A stretch of DNA of 64,000 nucleotides, taken from contig CAVYNB010000041.1 of the NCBI GenBank assembly GCA_963769745.1, forward strand, positions 54,603-118,602. The letters are read 5' to 3'. Source of the stretch: an uncultured beta proteobacterium. Its GTDB lineage: Bacteria; Pseudomonadota; Gammaproteobacteria; Burkholderiales; Burkholderiaceae_F. Below the pieces are notes generated by a model that was given only the letters and a program-made list of their open reading frames with translations, made no database searches and had not been told where the DNA came from. Positions 61,241 to 64,000 of this stretch are shown here, piece after piece; the first letter of the stretch is position 1; every line of letters starts with the position of its first letter. Made by a program: the position numbers and the translations under genes.

Positions 61241-64000
61241 GTGTCGCGAGGTGAGCCATTCAACCTGTCCGCGTGGGCGATCGACCACGCGCCTCTGCTG
61301 CGCTACCTGATGGTGGTGCTGCTGGCGGGGGGACTGTTCGCCTTTGTCAGCCTTGGCCAGGACGAGGATCCGCCGTTCACGTTCCGCGCCATGGTCGTGC
61401 GTGCCTACTGGCCGGGCGCGACGGCCACGCAGATGGCCGAGCAGGTGACCGACAAGATCGAGAAGAAACTGCAGGAAACGCCCGGGATCGACAAGATCCG
61501 CTCGTACAGCAAGCCCGGCGAGACGCTGATCTTCGTGCAGGTGAACGAGGCGACGCGTGGCCGCGACGTCGCCGATGCCTGGTACCAGGTCCGCAAGAAG
61601 GTCGGTGACATCCGTGGCGTGCTGCCCCCGAATGTCCAGGGGCCGTTTTTCAACGACGAGTTCGGCGATGTCTACGGCGTGATGTTCGCGTTCTCGACCG
61701 ACGGCTTCAACTATCGCGAGCTGAAGGACTACGTCGAGGCCGTCCGCCAGCAGCTGCTCAAGGTACCGAATGTCGCCAAGGTGGATCTGTTCGGCGTGCA
61801 GGACGAGAAGATCTACATCGAGATCTCGCATCGCAAGCTGGCGCAAATTGGGCTCGACATTCCGCAGCTGGCGGCACAGATCGGTGCGCAGAATGCGGTC
61901 GAAGGCTCCGGCGTGCTGGTGCTGCCGACCGACAACCTGCAGGTGCGCATCACCGGCGAGTTCCGTTCGCTCGAGGACCTGCGACAGCTGCCGATCCGCG
62001 CCAACAGTCTGACGTACCGACTGGCGGACATCGCGACGATCACGCGGGCCTACACCGATCCGCCGCGCGACAAGATGCGGGCTGGCCACGCCGGCGGCGA
62101 AGGACGCGAAGTCATCGGGCTCGGCGTGTCGATGACGAAGGGCGGCGACATCATCAAGCTCGGCAAGGAGCTTGCCGCCGCCGAGCGCCGCATCGAGGCG
62201 TCGCTGCCGGTCGGCATCGACATGACCAAGGTGGCGGATCAGCCGCGCGCGGTGGCGACCTCGGTCAACGAATTCCTGCGCGTGCTGGTGGAAGCGCTGG
62301 CCATCGTGCTGGCGGTGTCGTTTCTCAGCCTGGGCCTGCACACGAAGCCGCTGCGCGTGGATCCAGGCCCCGGTCTGGTCGTGCTGGCGACGATCCCGCT
62401 CGTGCTCGCGATCACGATGCTCGGCATGTGGATGCTCGGCATCAACCTGCACAAGATCTCGCTGGGCGCGCTGATCATCGCGCTGGGACTGCTGGTCGAT
62501 GACGCCATCATTGCGGTCGAGATGATGGTGCGCAAGCTCGAGGAGGGCGCCAGCAAGACGGTCGCCGTCACGGCGATGTACGAAACGACCGCGATGCCGA
62601 TGCTGACGGGCACGCTGATCACCGCGGTCGGCTTCCTGCCGATCGCGCTGGCCAAGTCGGTGGCCGGCGAATACACGATGTCGATCTTCCAGGTCACTGC
62701 GCTGGCGCTGGTCATCTCGTGGTTTGTCGCGGTGCTGTTCGTTCCGCTGCTCGGCGTGTGGCTGCTGAAGGTCAAGCCCAGGGCCGGCGTGCACAGTGAC
62801 GATGAACTGTTCGATACGCCGTTTTACCGGCGCTTCCGGCGGCTGGTCGACTGGTGTGTCGACTGGCGCAAGACCGTGATCGCGATCACGGTTGCAGCGC
62901 TTGCACTCGGTATCGCCGGTTTCCGCTTCATCGAGCAGCAGTTCTTCCCTGACTCGAGTCGTCTCGAACTGGTGGTCAATCTCTGGCTGCCCGAGGGTTC
63001 GAGCCTGCAGGCGACCGAGCAGGAAACGCGCGAGTTCGAGCGCTGGCTCGGGCGCCAGCCGGAACTGGATTGGTACGTGAGTTATGTCGGCACCGGTGCT
63101 CCGCGCTTCTACCTGCCGCAGGATCAGCAGTTCGGCAACACCAACCTGGCGGAGATCGTCATCACGCCCAGGGATCTCAAGGCTCGCAACGCACTGCAGG
63201 CCCGGATCACCGAGCTCTTCCGCGATGAGTTCCCGAACCTGCGCGGCCGCGTGAAGCTGCTGCCCAATGGGCCGCCGGTCCCGTATCCGGTGCAGTTCCG
63301 GGTGCAGGGGCCGGACGCACGCACCGTGCGCGCCATCGCCGATGAGGTGAAGGAGGTGATGCGCGCCAATGCGAACACGCGCGGTGTGAATGACAACTGG
63401 AACGAGAGCGTCAAGCGCCTGAGTCTCGAACTCGACCAGGACCGCGCTCGCGCCCTCGGCATATCGACGCAGACGCTGGCCCGCGCCGCGCAGACGATTC
63501 TTTCCGGCAGCACGATCGGCCAGTTTCGCGAGGGTGACCAGCTGATCGACATCGTGCTGCGCCAGCCGCTCGACGAGCGCGCGGTCATCTCGCGCCTTGC
63601 CGAAGCCAACATCACGACGGCCTCAGGCCGTGCCGTGCCGCTTTCACAACTGGTCAAAATCGAGTTCGGCTGGGAGCCGGGCATCATCTGGCGTCAGGAT
63701 CGCGACTACGCGATCACTGTGCAGAGCGATGTCCGACCGGGTATCCAGGGGCCCACCGTGTCGGCCCAGGTCGCGGCCGATCCGCGCATCGCGCAGCTGC
63801 GCAGCCGCATGCCGGCCGGCTACCAGATCGCTGTCGCCGGGGCCGCGGAGGAGTCATCGAAAGCCGGTGGCGCGATCGCGGCCAACATCCCTCTGATGCT
63901 GTTCATCGTCTTCACGCTGCTGATGCTGCAGCTGCATTCGTTCTCACGCTCGATGCTGGTGTTTCTGACGGGCCCGCTCGGACTGATCGGTGCGGCGGGT
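61241..64000 (+). CDS. efflux RND transporter permease (AcrB/HAE family), 3'-partial, runs off the window
   Basis: The GTG at 61241 lies 4 nt after the MFP stop. I translated 920 codons by hand with no stop. Motifs include PFNLSAWAIDH..., LGALIIALGLLVDDAIIAVE... and GFLPIALAKS. It is absent from the ORF track because no stop is present. Confidence 0.9.
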   Translation, partial: MSRGEPFNLSAWAIDHAPLLRYLMVVLLAGGLFAFVSLGQDEDPPFTFRAMVVRAYWPGATATQMAEQVTDKIEKKLQETPGIDKIRSYSKPGETLIFVQVNEATRGRDVADAWYQVRKKVGDIRGVLPPNVQGPFFNDEFGDVYGVMFAFSTDGFNYRELKDYVEAVRQQLLKVPNVAKVDLFGVQDEKIYIEISHRKLAQIGLDIPQLAAQIGAQNAVEGSGVLVLPTDNLQVRITGEFRSLEDLRQLPIRANSLTYRLADIATITRAYTDPPRDKMRAGHAGGEGREVIGLGVSMTKGGDIIKLGKELAAAERRIEASLPVGIDMTKVADQPRAVATSVNEFLRVLVEALAIVLAVSFLSLGLHTKPLRVDPGPGLVVLATIPLVLAITMLGMWMLGINLHKISLGALIIALGLLVDDAIIAVEMMVRKLEEGASKTVAVTAMYETTAMPMLTGTLITAVGFLPIALAKSVAGEYTMSIFQVTALALVISWFVAVLFVPLLGVWLLKVKPRAGVHSDDELFDTPFYRRFRRLVDWCVDWRKTVIAITVAALALGIAGFRFIEQQFFPDSSRLELVVNLWLPEGSSLQATEQETREFERWLGRQPELDWYVSYVGTGAPRFYLPQDQQFGNTNLAEIVITPRDLKARNALQARITELFRDEFPNLRGRVKLLPNGPPVPYPVQFRVQGPDARTVRAIADEVKEVMRANANTRGVNDNWNESVKRLSLELDQDRARALGISTQTLARAAQTILSGSTIGQFREGDQLIDIVLRQPLDERAVISRLAEANITTASGRAVPLSQLVKIEFGWEPGIIWRQDRDYAITVQSDVRPGIQGPTVSAQVAADPRIAQLRSRMPAGYQIAVAGAAEESSKAGGAIAANIPLMLFIVFTLLMLQLHSFSRSMLVFLTGPLGLIGAAG

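Overview
This is a high-GC chromosomal core region. Its gene order looks betaproteobacterial (Burkholderiales/Rhodocyclales-like); that placement is an inference from synteny only. Almost every gene is a recognisable housekeeping gene.

Gene order from left to right:
- An alpha-E/transglutaminase cassette at the left edge, then bdhA, relA and tRNA-Val.
- thrS-infC-rpmI-rplT-pheS-pheT-ihfA-merR, then tRNA-Pro.
- surE-pcm-nlpD-rpoS.
- ndk-rlmN-pilW-rodZ-ispG-hisS-yfgM-bamB-der-hfq-hflX-hflK-hflC-hisZ-purA.
- tRNA-Leu, then rnr-rlmB.
- rpsF-priB-rpsR-rplI-dnaB.
- An aminotransferase-hom-thrC-mobB-moeA-moaD-moaE-crcB run.
- An RND efflux operon that runs off the right edge. Its permease is absent from the ORF track because it has no stop codon in the window.

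I found no CRISPR array, transposase, integrase, phage genes or recognisable defence or toxin system, and I cannot support a claim of a novel multi-gene system.

Items worth a second look:
- A 61-nt direct repeat duplicates the 3' end of tRNA-Leu plus its terminator. The two copies flank an 89-nt spacer with two hairpins.
- A hairpin-rich stretch of about 650 nt next to a cytochrome c gene has lower GC and includes the largest ORF-free gap in the window.
- Three single-nucleotide frame disruptions sit in otherwise conserved genes (a transglutaminase-family gene, hflC, cobB). These could be assembly indels or real pseudogenes.
- Two genes appear to use non-canonical starts (infC ATC, possibly hflX CTG).
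- A perfect palindromic operator overlaps the predicted promoter of the RND operon.

The many long ORFs antisense to real genes are high-GC shadow ORFs and were rejected.
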